This document shows, one piece after another, positions 28,236-35,699 of a DNA stretch of 61,602 bases (positions within the stretch are counted from its first letter, which is position 1; every line of letters begins with the position of its first letter). The stretch spans positions 1 through 61,602 of the IMG/VR virus record IMGVR_UViG_3300046167_000543. One strand, given 5' to 3'. The notes beneath the pieces were generated by a model that made no database searches, was not told the DNA's origin, and saw only the letters and a list, made by a program, of their open reading frames with translations. The translations under genes were made by a program, and so were the position numbers. The stretch comes from a virus. Taxonomy: Duplodnaviria > Caudoviricetes.

Positions 28236-29574
28236 TTATCCTACGTATGTAAGTAATACTTCGTAAGCACCGTCAGATATTGAACCTACAAATTCAACAC
28301 TTAAATTCGCGCCTGATCTTGTTACACCCTGCGTATACTGTTTCACCCGCAGAACTTATAACTTCGCACTTAACATCTATAGCGCTAGCACCTGCGAAAG
28401 AGTTAGTAACATTATAAGTAAATGTTGTTAAACCACCAGCTTGACTACCACCTGTTAGTGAGACTCTATCGCCTAAAGCGCCTGTATCTACTGGAACTGC
28501 CCAAGTACCATCACCTCTAAGGAATGTGGTGCCAGCACCTCCTGCTGGTACAATACCCAGTGTAGAACCTCCTGCGTATATATCAGAAGAAACAAACCCG
28601 TTTGCTGTAACATTAAAGTGAGCGGAGTTAAAACCAGCAACACCTTTTTGAGTTGCGCCATCTGTAGCTCCTTCACCCGCTACGTTTTGATCTGCTATAA
28701 CAACAGTGTAGTCAGATAGTGAAGGACTAGAATTAGCAGCAATATTAGAGTTGGCAAATATAAAATCCCCAACCTCTACGTTTTCGGTAAAAAACGTACC
28801 TGCTGTAGTTACTACGTAAAAATCACCTTGATTTAAAGCGACGTTACTCGCGCCTGTTAAAGCCGGTGTATTTGTAGTTGCGTTATATCCTCCTTGAAAA
28901 CCTCCAACTCCACCTACTTGAGATAATACATATTGTTTTGAAGCAGCGTCAGTATTAGCACTTGGTGTAGCAGGTACTGTTACTTGACCTGCAAAACTTG
29001 ATTGACCTGCGCCGTTTACAGTGAGCGTGCCAGCTAAAGTAATACTATCGTCTAGATGAAACCTAGTTTCGCCTCCAGCATTCTCTGTATTTATATTTGT
29101 TCCACCTGTAAAATCAATTGTGTTTCCACTTTGTATAATTCTAGTACTACCGGCATCTGCTGCGGCTGACCACGTATAATCTTCAGCTGCTGGCAATGTT
29201 ACTGTTTTAGTATTTACAACAGTTACGTGACCTGTGGTATTTGTGTTTACAGTATCTATAACTGTGAAGCTAGCACCATAAGCAGGTGAAACACTATTAC
29301 TGTTATTTGTTCTAGTTGTATTGTCGTGGTTTAAAATTACATCCGCTGCGGTTCCAGCGTTAGTTAAGTAAGTTCCAGCTGTTAATGACTCTACACCGCC
29401 ACCTACTTCTACCCAAGAACCGTTAGCATATACTTTTACTTTATCAGTTGCTGTGTTAAAATATAATTGCCCCTCGTTTCCAGATGCTGGATCTGATCCT
29501 AGATTTTCTACTCTTAGTTTTTCAGCTTGCGCGCCACCAGAAAATGTTATGTTATTTAAAAATGCTATTGCCAT
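28236..29574 (-). CDS. tail fibre/spike protein with apparent +1 frameshift near the 3' end
   Basis: ORF track ends at 28294 (...GCNKIRREFKC). Removing one G at 28327-28329 gives ...GETVYAGVTRSGANLSVEFVGSISDGAYEVLLTYVG* ending at 28236. Confidence 0.65.
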
Positions 29575-29578
29575 GTTG

Positions 29579-29917
29579 TTAGTTTAAGTATGCTTTACCC
29601 GCAAAAGGTGTTATAAAGTTCAATGTTAATCTATTACTGCTTATATAATTTATTTGAAAACCTAATATAGAAGTTTCACCCGTGTCTACTACTTCTACTG
29701 AAGGAAATTTTTTCATATTATGTGTTATATCCCAAACACTCGCCGCGACACCTTGTGTAAATATAAAAGTAGAATTAGCTATTATACTTTTCTTAAGATC
29801 CTCAAAAGATACACTTTTAGTTTCTATAGTATTTTCTTCTTCTATAGTCTTTGTAATAACAAAAGTATCGTCATCAGACAAGAATGTAGTAGGCGGATAT
29901 GAATATATTATCGGCAT
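29579..29917 (-). CDS. small tail-associated structural protein
   Basis: WDITHNMKKFPSVEVVD...GKAYLN beta domain; N-terminus paralogous to next gene. Confidence 0.55.
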   Translation of the reverse strand: MPIIYSYPPTTFLSDDDTFVITKTIEEENTIETKSVSFEDLKKSIIANSTFIFTQGVAASVWDITHNMKKFPSVEVVDTGETSILGFQINYISSNRLTLNFITPFAGKAYLN

Positions 29918-29929
29918 GTGTCTTTTTAT

Positions 29930-30466
29930 TTATGAAAGATCTACTACTCTATATAGTATATTTAACGTTATAGGTGAATCACCTTGAGTTACGGTAGCAT
30001 TACTAGTGTTATACACGCTAAGAGGTAGATTAACCCCTATAGGTACATTTGCTATTTCAGGCTTCCAATACGTGTCTGCTGAAGCATTTAGCTGACCTAC
30101 CGCTAGGTTAAACCCGTTTTCTTGAGATACAGGTGTTGTAGTAGTGATAGACAATTTATTACCAGTACCTATCCAGTTGTATGCTTGAGTACCAAAATCT
30201 AAATAAGCTATAAGAGAAACAACGTCTATAACCTTACCAGCTCCAGGCGCTGCTATTAGTTCTATATTGCTACCACCACCTGATAGTGATAACACTTGAG
30301 TAGCTGTCAATGTCACCGATACAGACACTAGCTTTGTTGTAATAAAAGCTGACAGCTGATCAATTGTAGCAGATTTCGTAGCATTCTTCTTGCTAGAATC
30401 TGACACAAGTACAAGATCACCACCTGATATTTCCTCTATTGCAGGGTATGAATAAATTATTGCCAT
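29930..30466 (-). CDS. putative structural protein
   Basis: MAIIYSYP...DLVLVSD...TKSAT N-terminus; first gene of leftward operon. Confidence 0.5.
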   Translation of the reverse strand: MAIIYSYPAIEEISGGDLVLVSDSSKKNATKSATIDQLSAFITTKLVSVSVTLTATQVLSLSGGGSNIELIAAPGAGKVIDVVSLIAYLDFGTQAYNWIGTGNKLSITTTTPVSQENGFNLAVGQLNASADTYWKPEIANVPIGVNLPLSVYNTSNATVTQGDSPITLNILYRVVDLS

Positions 30467-30490
30467 ATTTTCTAAATTCTTTTATATGAT

Positions 30491-30520
30491 ATATACTTAC
30501 AGGAAAAAGTGAGAGTTTAC
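30491..30520 (-). promoter_or_regulatory. putative phage promoter class II (GTAAA-N15-GTAAGTATAT)
   Basis: 24 nt upstream of the first structural gene; matches two other sites. Confidence 0.55.
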
Positions 30521-30534
30521 AAGTGGTGTATATA

Positions 30535-30579
30535 GTGACAATAGCCCCTTACTCTATATACTTATAAGCCTAATGTCAC
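30535..30579. repeat. inverted-repeat site copy 1 (GTGACAATAGCCC...AGCCTAATGTCAC)
   Basis: imperfect 13-bp arms around an AT-rich core at the strand switch; second copy at 38671-38714. Confidence 0.65.
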
Positions 30580-30784
30580 CCCCTACTTGAAAAATCACGT
30601 TACAAATATAGGGGTATAGTGTTACCACTTAAAATATTGATTATCAACGATTTACAAAAACGATTTTTATTTTACCGGGCCCCCCAACTTTTCTACACTT
30701 TTTGTATATATCCAGCAGATTATCAATGTTTTACGTAGATATTTTAGACTTTTTACGCACTAACTAATTTTACTTATTTATATT

Positions 30785-30816
30785 TTACAGACAAAATACA
30801 AGTCAATTTGGATAAT
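30785..30816 (+). promoter_or_regulatory. early motif copy 1 TTACAGACAAAATAC-N10-GGATAAT
   Basis: one of 7 exactly spaced copies, all on + strand. Confidence 0.8.
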
Positions 30817-30843
30817 AATAATGTAAATAAAAAACTACTAATT

Positions 30844-31017
30844 ATGTCAAATATTTTAAATGTCTTCAATGTAAAAACTAAATTTCAAATTAACTATTGT
30901 CACAATGAAAATTTATATGACTTTACAATATTAAATTCAAGTAATAATGAAATACTTTTCAATAATAAATATAAAAATATAATTGAAGTTAATAAAATAA
31001 TTCAACAATACAAATAA
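30844..31017 (+). CDS. early hypothetical protein (very AT-rich)
   Basis: likely start MSNILN at 30844, downstream of motif copy 1. Confidence 0.45.
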   Translation: MSNILNVFNVKTKFQINYCHNENLYDFTILNSSNNEILFNNKYKNIIEVNKIIQQYK

Positions 31018-31018
31018 T

Positions 31019-31050
31019 TTACAAACAAAATACAAACTATTTTGGATAAT
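31019..31050 (+). promoter_or_regulatory. early motif copy 2
   Basis: TTACAAACAAAATAC-aaactatttt-GGATAAT. Confidence 0.8.
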
Positions 31051-31147
31051 ATAAATGTAACTAACTAACAAACTAATTAGTTATACACAAAGAAGTGTAG
31101 TGTAATAACTACTAAACAAAAACTAGTACTAAATAAAACTACACTCT

Positions 31148-31179
31148 TTACAAACAAAATACGTTATCAACTGGATAAT
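31148..31179 (+). promoter_or_regulatory. early motif copy 3
   Basis: TTACAAACAAAATAC-gttatcaact-GGATAAT. Confidence 0.8.
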
Positions 31180-31224
31180 AATATAAATACTAAATAACAA
31201 ATATAAATACTTAAATTCATAACT

Positions 31225-31455
31225 ATGCAAAATTCAATTCAATCAAAACGCTTCGTCATTCGCAAATCTTTAATAGGTCAAAATACTATCATTGAAGTTA
31301 CATTCAAAAATGGCAAAACTTTCAAATACAATCACGATAAAGCTTATGAGCTAATGTCTGAAAATCTTGACCACTTGTCTTGCTGGCTAAAGTATAACTC
31401 GTATACTTCTTCCACTTCAGTTCCAAAAGTACTTCAAAATACTGAAGTACTATAA
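31225..31455 (+). CDS. early hypothetical protein
   Basis: 76 aa downstream of motif copy 3. Confidence 0.6.
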   Translation: MQNSIQSKRFVIRKSLIGQNTIIEVTFKNGKTFKYNHDKAYELMSENLDHLSCWLKYNSYTSSTSVPKVLQNTEVL

Positions 31456-31544
31456 CTTGAAACAAACTGCTTAAATTCAGTATAACTAATGTCGTAGTTG
31501 AGCTATCGCCTTAGCGACATAAAATAACACGAGCATGCGATAAC

Positions 31545-31591
31545 TAGTCACACTGGTAAATAGGTGAGTTCGATTCTCACCGTGACTACTA
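31545..31591 (+). ncRNA. tRNA minihelix-like element (acceptor stem + T-arm only)
   Basis: tagtcac/gtgacta stem, ggtgag-TTCGATT-ctcacc T-arm, 11-nt connector, followed by CTA. Confidence 0.6.
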
Positions 31592-31613
31592 CTAACTTTT
31601 TAAAATTACAATT

Positions 31614-31742
31614 ATGACTATTACTAATAAAATACAAAAACTATATAACAAACTAGATTTTCTTCAAGACAATGACAGATGGGTTCAATACCATGAAGTG
31701 TACAAAGAAATAACTGAACTAGAAAGATTAACTTCTAAATAA
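31614..31742 (+). CDS. small early protein (42 aa)
   Basis: hand-translated MTITNKIQKLYNKLDFLQ... Confidence 0.45.
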   Translation: MTITNKIQKLYNKLDFLQDNDRWVQYHEVYKEITELERLTSK

Positions 31743-31748
31743 TTAACT

Positions 31749-31883
31749 ATGAAATATATACTAACTTGCCCTAACGGTAAACAGATAGATATGTCAAGCG
31801 ACATACTACAACAACTCGAAAGAAAAATAGAAAGACAAGAAGTCTTAGAAAGAATTAACTACTATAAATTAACTAACAAATGA
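31749..31883 (+). CDS. small early protein (44 aa)
   Basis: hand-translated MKYILTCPNGKQIDM...; ATGA overlap with next ORF. Confidence 0.5.
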   Translation: MKYILTCPNGKQIDMSSDILQQLERKIERQEVLERINYYKLTNK

Positions 31884-32029
31884 GAAAGTTTACACACAAA
31901 GCTATCATAGCTATCACTTATGCAACTGCAATATCACTAACAACACTAGCATTATCTGGTATCGCTTGGGCTATATTTACCTTGTTCACCGGTGGTTTCG
32001 CTAACGCTGACTATGGTATTTACAAATAA
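31880..32029 (+). CDS. small early membrane protein (49 aa)
   Basis: MRKFTHKAIIAITYATAISLTTLALSGIAWAIFTLFTGG...; stop codon lies inside motif copy 4. Confidence 0.5.
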   Translation: MRKFTHKAIIAITYATAISLTTLALSGIAWAIFTLFTGGFANADYGIYK

Positions 32030-32051
32030 AATACGAAACTCTTTGGATAAT
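32020..32051 (+). promoter_or_regulatory. early motif copy 4
   Basis: TTACAAATAAAATAC-gaaactcttt-GGATAAT. Confidence 0.8.
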
Positions 32052-32067
32052 ATAATAAACAACTAAT

Positions 32068-32235
32068 ATGAAACGTATAAACTACTACGACCACTTACAC
32101 AAACTCGCAAACGAACGCTACAATACTAGCTACATAGCTGGTCTTACAAGCGAACAACGAAGCGAACTGATAAGTGATACTTTTAAAGCTATGCGAGAAA
32201 GACAGTTGTTAATTAACTTAAATAAAAATAAATGA
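32068..32235 (+). CDS. small early protein (55 aa)
   Basis: hand-translated MKRINYYDHLHKLANERY...; ATGA overlap with next ORF. Confidence 0.45.
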   Translation: MKRINYYDHLHKLANERYNTSYIAGLTSEQRSELISDTFKAMRERQLLINLNKNK

Positions 32236-32471
32236 AAGAATTTACTTGGAACGAAGAAACAATAGACTACTTCGCTGACCTATACGAATTAAACGGTTGG
32301 GCTCACGTAGCTCAAAGAGTACTAAGCTTTGTAACTCACGAATGTGACTTAGAAGACGGTGAAACTACTCAAGACTTATTTAATGACTTAATTGTAAAAA
32401 TAGAAGATAAAATTAACAAAGAAGAATACGAATGGCTAGAAGCAAAACTACACGAAAAAGAACTCGACTAA
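32232..32471 (+). CDS. acidic early protein
   Basis: 79 aa, Asp/Glu-rich. Confidence 0.55.
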   Translation: MKEFTWNEETIDYFADLYELNGWAHVAQRVLSFVTHECDLEDGETTQDLFNDLIVKIEDKINKEEYEWLEAKLHEKELD

Positions 32472-32565
32472 TCGTTGCAAAAATAACTCGAGCACAAATC
32501 GAAGCAATAGAGCGCGAATGGTATGAGCGTTATAACTCAGGTGTTCCACAATGGCAAGCAGAGTA

Positions 32566-32597
32566 TTACAAATAAAATACGACGCTTACTGGATAAT
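32566..32597 (+). promoter_or_regulatory. early motif copy 5
   Basis: TTACAAATAAAATAC-gacgcttact-GGATAAT. Confidence 0.8.
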
Positions 32598-32617
32598 ATA
32601 ATAAACAAATACAAACT

Positions 32618-32803
32618 ATGCAATCAATTAAATTCTTGTCTGATAAGACAATCAAGCTAAACGGTATCAAGTACAAACCTTACAACTTAGGTAACTTACC
32701 TCCAACGTTTGGCTTCAAACAAAGAGTAACAGGTGACGGTGATATCCAAGAAGGTATCTACCAATGGTTCAACTACAAAGGTTTTACTTATGTCGCCGAG
32801 TAA
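32618..32803 (+). CDS. early hypothetical protein
   Basis: 61 aa downstream of motif copy 5. Confidence 0.55.
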   Translation: MQSIKFLSDKTIKLNGIKYKPYNLGNLPPTFGFKQRVTGDGDIQEGIYQWFNYKGFTYVAE

Positions 32804-33047
32804 CATGAAAGAACTGCTTGACTATGTAAAACAAGCAAAACAACAGCGAGCTGCGGAGCATAGACGTAAGTTTGCCCACGAAGGCAGGTGCAGTGGACTA
32901 ACTGACAAAGAATACACTCGTATTGTACACAGTCAGAAATCTAGCTTCCCAAAAGTTAGAAAGTTCACTCACCATGCTATGTGGCGTGAAACTAGCAAAC
33001 AATACTCAGTCGAACAACTAAAACAAATCAAGAAATGTACTATATAA
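32790..33047 (+). CDS. early basic hypothetical protein
   Basis: ORF 32733..33047; start more likely at MSPSN/MKELL. Confidence 0.45.
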   Translation: MSPSNMKELLDYVKQAKQQRAAEHRRKFAHEGRCSGLTDKEYTRIVHSQKSSFPKVRKFTHHAMWRETSKQYSVEQLKQIKKCTI

Positions 33048-33226
33048 CTATACTTGACTTCGCGAACGGCTCGGTTGACCAGTACAACCTCGCTGACCAC
33101 TTTGATAAAACTACGCTTGCACATTGGCAAACTGAAGATTTTGAAGAGTTTATAACAAGCGAAGGCTATAAATTAAACAACATTGAGTGGATGTCCCACT
33201 CTGATAACACAATAAACTACTTTTAA
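33035..33226 (+). CDS. early hypothetical protein
   Basis: 63 aa. Confidence 0.5.
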   Translation: MYYITILDFANGSVDQYNLADHFDKTTLAHWQTEDFEEFITSEGYKLNNIEWMSHSDNTINYF

Positions 33227-33370
33227 TATGCAATTTTTAGAACCAGGAAATTTTAACGGACTTATATTCAGAGACGGAATGGTGTTTATATCTGATATAG
33301 ATAAGTGGATATCTAAAGAAGAGTATGAAGCTTACAAAATGGAGCAAATAAACCAACTAAATAATAGAAA

Positions 33371-33565
33371 ATGAGTAAAATGAAAGAAATAGACGATATA
33401 GCTCAAGGTGTAGCAGATGTTACACTAGAGCTGATGGAAGACAGTGTTGAGTGGCAAATAGCCGATAAACCTGTAGAAGGTGATGCTTATTTTGAGCTAA
33501 AAGATTACGTTATAAGTAAAGCAATTGAACTTCTTTACAAACAAAATACGACACCTGTTGGATAA
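33371..33565 (+). CDS. acidic early protein
   Basis: 64 aa; 3' end is encoded by motif copy 6. Confidence 0.5.
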   Translation: MSKMKEIDDIAQGVADVTLELMEDSVEWQIADKPVEGDAYFELKDYVISKAIELLYKQNTTPVG

Positions 33566-33566
33566 T
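33535..33566 (+). promoter_or_regulatory. early motif copy 6
   Basis: TTACAAACAAAATAC-gacacctgtt-GGATAAT. Confidence 0.8.
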
Positions 33567-33583
33567 AATATAAAATAATAAAT

Positions 33584-33778
33584 ATGTATTGTAAATGTAA
33601 ACCCGGTGTAAAAATACCACAGTTGCGATTAGATATGGGCTACAAAACTTGTGTGTCGTGCTCAACAACCCAAACGTACAGTTATGTACCAATTATTGAG
33701 CATAAAACCGGTAATACAATACAAATCGTCAGTCAAGAGGTAAGCGCATCAGTGCACCGATCTTGGCGACGTAAGTAG
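33584..33778 (+). CDS. DksA/TraR-like C4 zinc-finger protein
   Basis: CKC...KIPQLRLDMGYKTCVSC resembles the CxxC..IPxxRL...CxxC finger. Confidence 0.55.
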   Translation: MYCKCKPGVKIPQLRLDMGYKTCVSCSTTQTYSYVPIIEHKTGNTIQIVSQEVSASVHRSWRRK

Positions 33779-33972
33779 CTAGATGAGTGGTCTAATCAGG
33801 GCAATATAAGTCAGGGCATATCGATTAATGACGTGCATTTGTCCTCAGAGGCCGACTCTAGCGGCAACTAGGTATGGTATGCAGTGCGTTTGAATTAGTA
33901 ACCGTTTTCACGAGCTAATTAACGAGGCATTACTACTGACGAGTATGAGGGTTCGATTCCCTCGCTAGTTAC
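33776..33972 (+). ncRNA. extended tRNA-like RNA (~196 nt)
   Basis: tagctag/ctagtta closing stem, gaggg-TTCGATT-ccctc T-arm, two long internal hairpins. Confidence 0.6.
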
Positions 33973-33974
33973 AA

Positions 33975-34056
33975 AGCGGCAGACCGGTATGCTGCTCCCT
34001 TACGGGAAACCCGTGCTACAAAGCATCAAGCCTTTTAGGTTGAAAACAAGTAAGGG
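33975..34056 (+). ncRNA. hairpin plus four-way-junction structured element
   Basis: agcggca/tgctgct hairpin; cccttac/gtaaggg stem enclosing three small hairpins. Confidence 0.45.
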
Positions 34057-34061
34057 AATAT

Positions 34062-34133
34062 GGGCGTGAAATGGATAGGGGTTCTGCTTTGTGCATTACC
34101 TAAACGCAGGTTCGATTCCTGCCACGTCCACTA
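34062..34133 (+). ncRNA. mini tmRNA-like / D-armless alanine-identity tRNA mimic
   Basis: GGGCGTG/CACGTCC acceptor with G3-U70, discriminator A, gcagg-TTCGATT-cctgc T-arm, no D stem. Confidence 0.65.
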
Positions 34134-34147
34134 AATTAAATTAAATT

Positions 34148-34402
34148 ATGACTAAAATACCGACACTTTACGATAAGCTAAAGCCTCGCGTGCGAGCTAA
34201 GCTTAAAGAAAATGAAGGCAAATACAGCTCAATAGTTAGGCAAGTTATTGCTAGACTTGAAAGTACTTACTTTGTACAAGACTTAACCGTTGGCGAACTA
34301 AAGCGAATACATTTGTTTTCTGATACAGATTATGTAAATCAAACAGCTCTATCTATTATGTGGGGCGATGAAATTTTTGACGACTATGAAGGAAACGATT
34401 AA
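34148..34402 (+). CDS. hypothetical protein
   Basis: 84 aa. Confidence 0.5.
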   Translation: MTKIPTLYDKLKPRVRAKLKENEGKYSSIVRQVIARLESTYFVQDLTVGELKRIHLFSDTDYVNQTALSIMWGDEIFDDYEGND

Positions 34403-34661
34403 ACTAAAAGCACACGACAAAGCGTTTGCTAAAATACACGCTCTACAACTAGAAGTTAGAAGACTAGAGTATGACATTGAGCGTAAGAATACTGGTGTAA
34501 TAACTATGCACGAGTTAGAAATATGTCTTGACGCTGCAAAGCGCGAGCTTGAAACTTGGAATTATATATTAAAACTAATAGAATTAGATTATGGAAAACA
34601 CGACTACGTTGATGAAATACTTGGGAGTCGAGGAGATTACAACACCGCGACAGCAGGTTAA
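34386..34661 (+). CDS. coiled-coil hypothetical protein
   Basis: ORF 34368..34661; likely start MKETIK. Confidence 0.45.
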   Translation: MKETIKLKAHDKAFAKIHALQLEVRRLEYDIERKNTGVITMHELEICLDAAKRELETWNYILKLIELDYGKHDYVDEILGSRGDYNTATAG

Positions 34662-34944
34662 TGGAACTAGAGAATTTGCCTTACCTTATAAAATAAGAGG
34701 TAAGCGTGTGACACTAGCCTCTTATCAATCAGGTTATGTAAGGATTGACAGAAATTGTCACTCAAAATATCAGATAAATCCTACTTACGAAGTACCTTAC
34801 AGGTTCATAAACAAACAAGGTGAGCTTCGTGCTTGGACAAACAAAAGACGTATGATGATATACGGCGAACAATCACGTATTAACTTTATATTTAACTACA
34901 TTATTAAAAACTATTACAGCCAAAACAAATGGAAAAAATACTAA
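34591..34944 (+). CDS. hypothetical protein
   Basis: 117 aa. Confidence 0.5.
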   Translation: MENTTTLMKYLGVEEITTPRQQVNGTREFALPYKIRGKRVTLASYQSGYVRIDRNCHSKYQINPTYEVPYRFINKQGELRAWTNKRRMMIYGEQSRINFIFNYIIKNYYSQNKWKKY

Positions 34945-35393
34945 CAGACAAGCTAATAACTGATAAGTTAGAAGCTAAAGGGTACTTAGAGTACCACGAT
35001 ATGGACGAAACTAAAGCTTGGAACTTGCTTGAAAAGCATTTCGAGTGTGAAGTAACAGATGTTTTTACAAATACAAGTAAAGAATTTTACTGTTACACAG
35101 AAACCACAGCTGATGGCTATGAGATATGGATCGCAACAAACGATATGGATTCTCCATGTATAAGCGAAGATGTATATTACTACGACAATGATTTATCAGA
35201 TGCGATAGTAGAAGCTATTGTAAATGGTGAAGATATGTATGTAGATGACCTAGATGCGCATTATTTTATGGACGCTGTTGAAGAAGCGTACGGTCAAATG
35301 GTAAACAATATAAAAGAAGAAATAGAAAACGAACTAATAGAACAAGGATATGAGTACGAAAACACAGATGAAGCCGCTACCGAAATGGTTTAA
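34929..35393 (+). CDS. highly acidic protein
   Basis: 154 aa, Asp/Glu- and Tyr-rich, no Arg. Confidence 0.6.
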   Translation: MEKILTDKLITDKLEAKGYLEYHDMDETKAWNLLEKHFECEVTDVFTNTSKEFYCYTETTADGYEIWIATNDMDSPCISEDVYYYDNDLSDAIVEAIVNGEDMYVDDLDAHYFMDAVEEAYGQMVNNIKEEIENELIEQGYEYENTDEAATEMV

Positions 35394-35616
35394 TGGCGAC
35401 GTGTACCCAAAAGGTGGTACAGTAGAAAACATATTTACAGGCGAACCAGCAGAATTAAATGCAAACGAGCTTAGTATGTATGACTTTATTATGGGTTTAA
35501 CTATGGTGCTTGAACGCACTGGTTATAGATCTGAAAAGCTAATTAAAGATCACCGCAGAGGTTTAGACTGGTTCCGCAGGGCTAATGCTTCAGCATATAT
35601 GACTTTATTAGATTAA
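35350..35616 (+). CDS. hypothetical protein
   Basis: 88 aa; ends GLDWFRRANASAYMTLLD. Confidence 0.55.
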   Translation: MSTKTQMKPLPKWFNGDVYPKGGTVENIFTGEPAELNANELSMYDFIMGLTMVLERTGYRSEKLIKDHRRGLDWFRRANASAYMTLLD

Positions 35617-35623
35617 AACCACC

Positions 35624-35696
35624 TGTCTCATGGTGTAATTGGTAACACGTCTGATTTTGGTTCAGAAGAGTCTAGGTTCGATTCCTAGTGAGACAA
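35624..35696 (+). tRNA. tRNA-Gln(TTG)
   Basis: full cloverleaf: tgtctca/tgagaca acceptor, D-arm GGTGTAATTGGTAACAC, tctga-ttTTGgt-tcaga anticodon arm, ctagg-TTCGATT-cctag; CCA not encoded (CTA). Confidence 0.95.
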
Positions 35697-35699
35697 CTA

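Noticed and set aside
33936-33976. Hammerhead ribozyme core (CTGACGAG)
   Set aside because: No GAAA after a plausible stem II and no matching stems I/III; the region is explained by the T-arm structure.
33776-34133. Full-length or permuted tmRNA (the cluster is about 360 nt)
   Set aside because: The alanine acceptor stem closes locally within 69 nt, and I found no tag reading frame or permuted arrangement.
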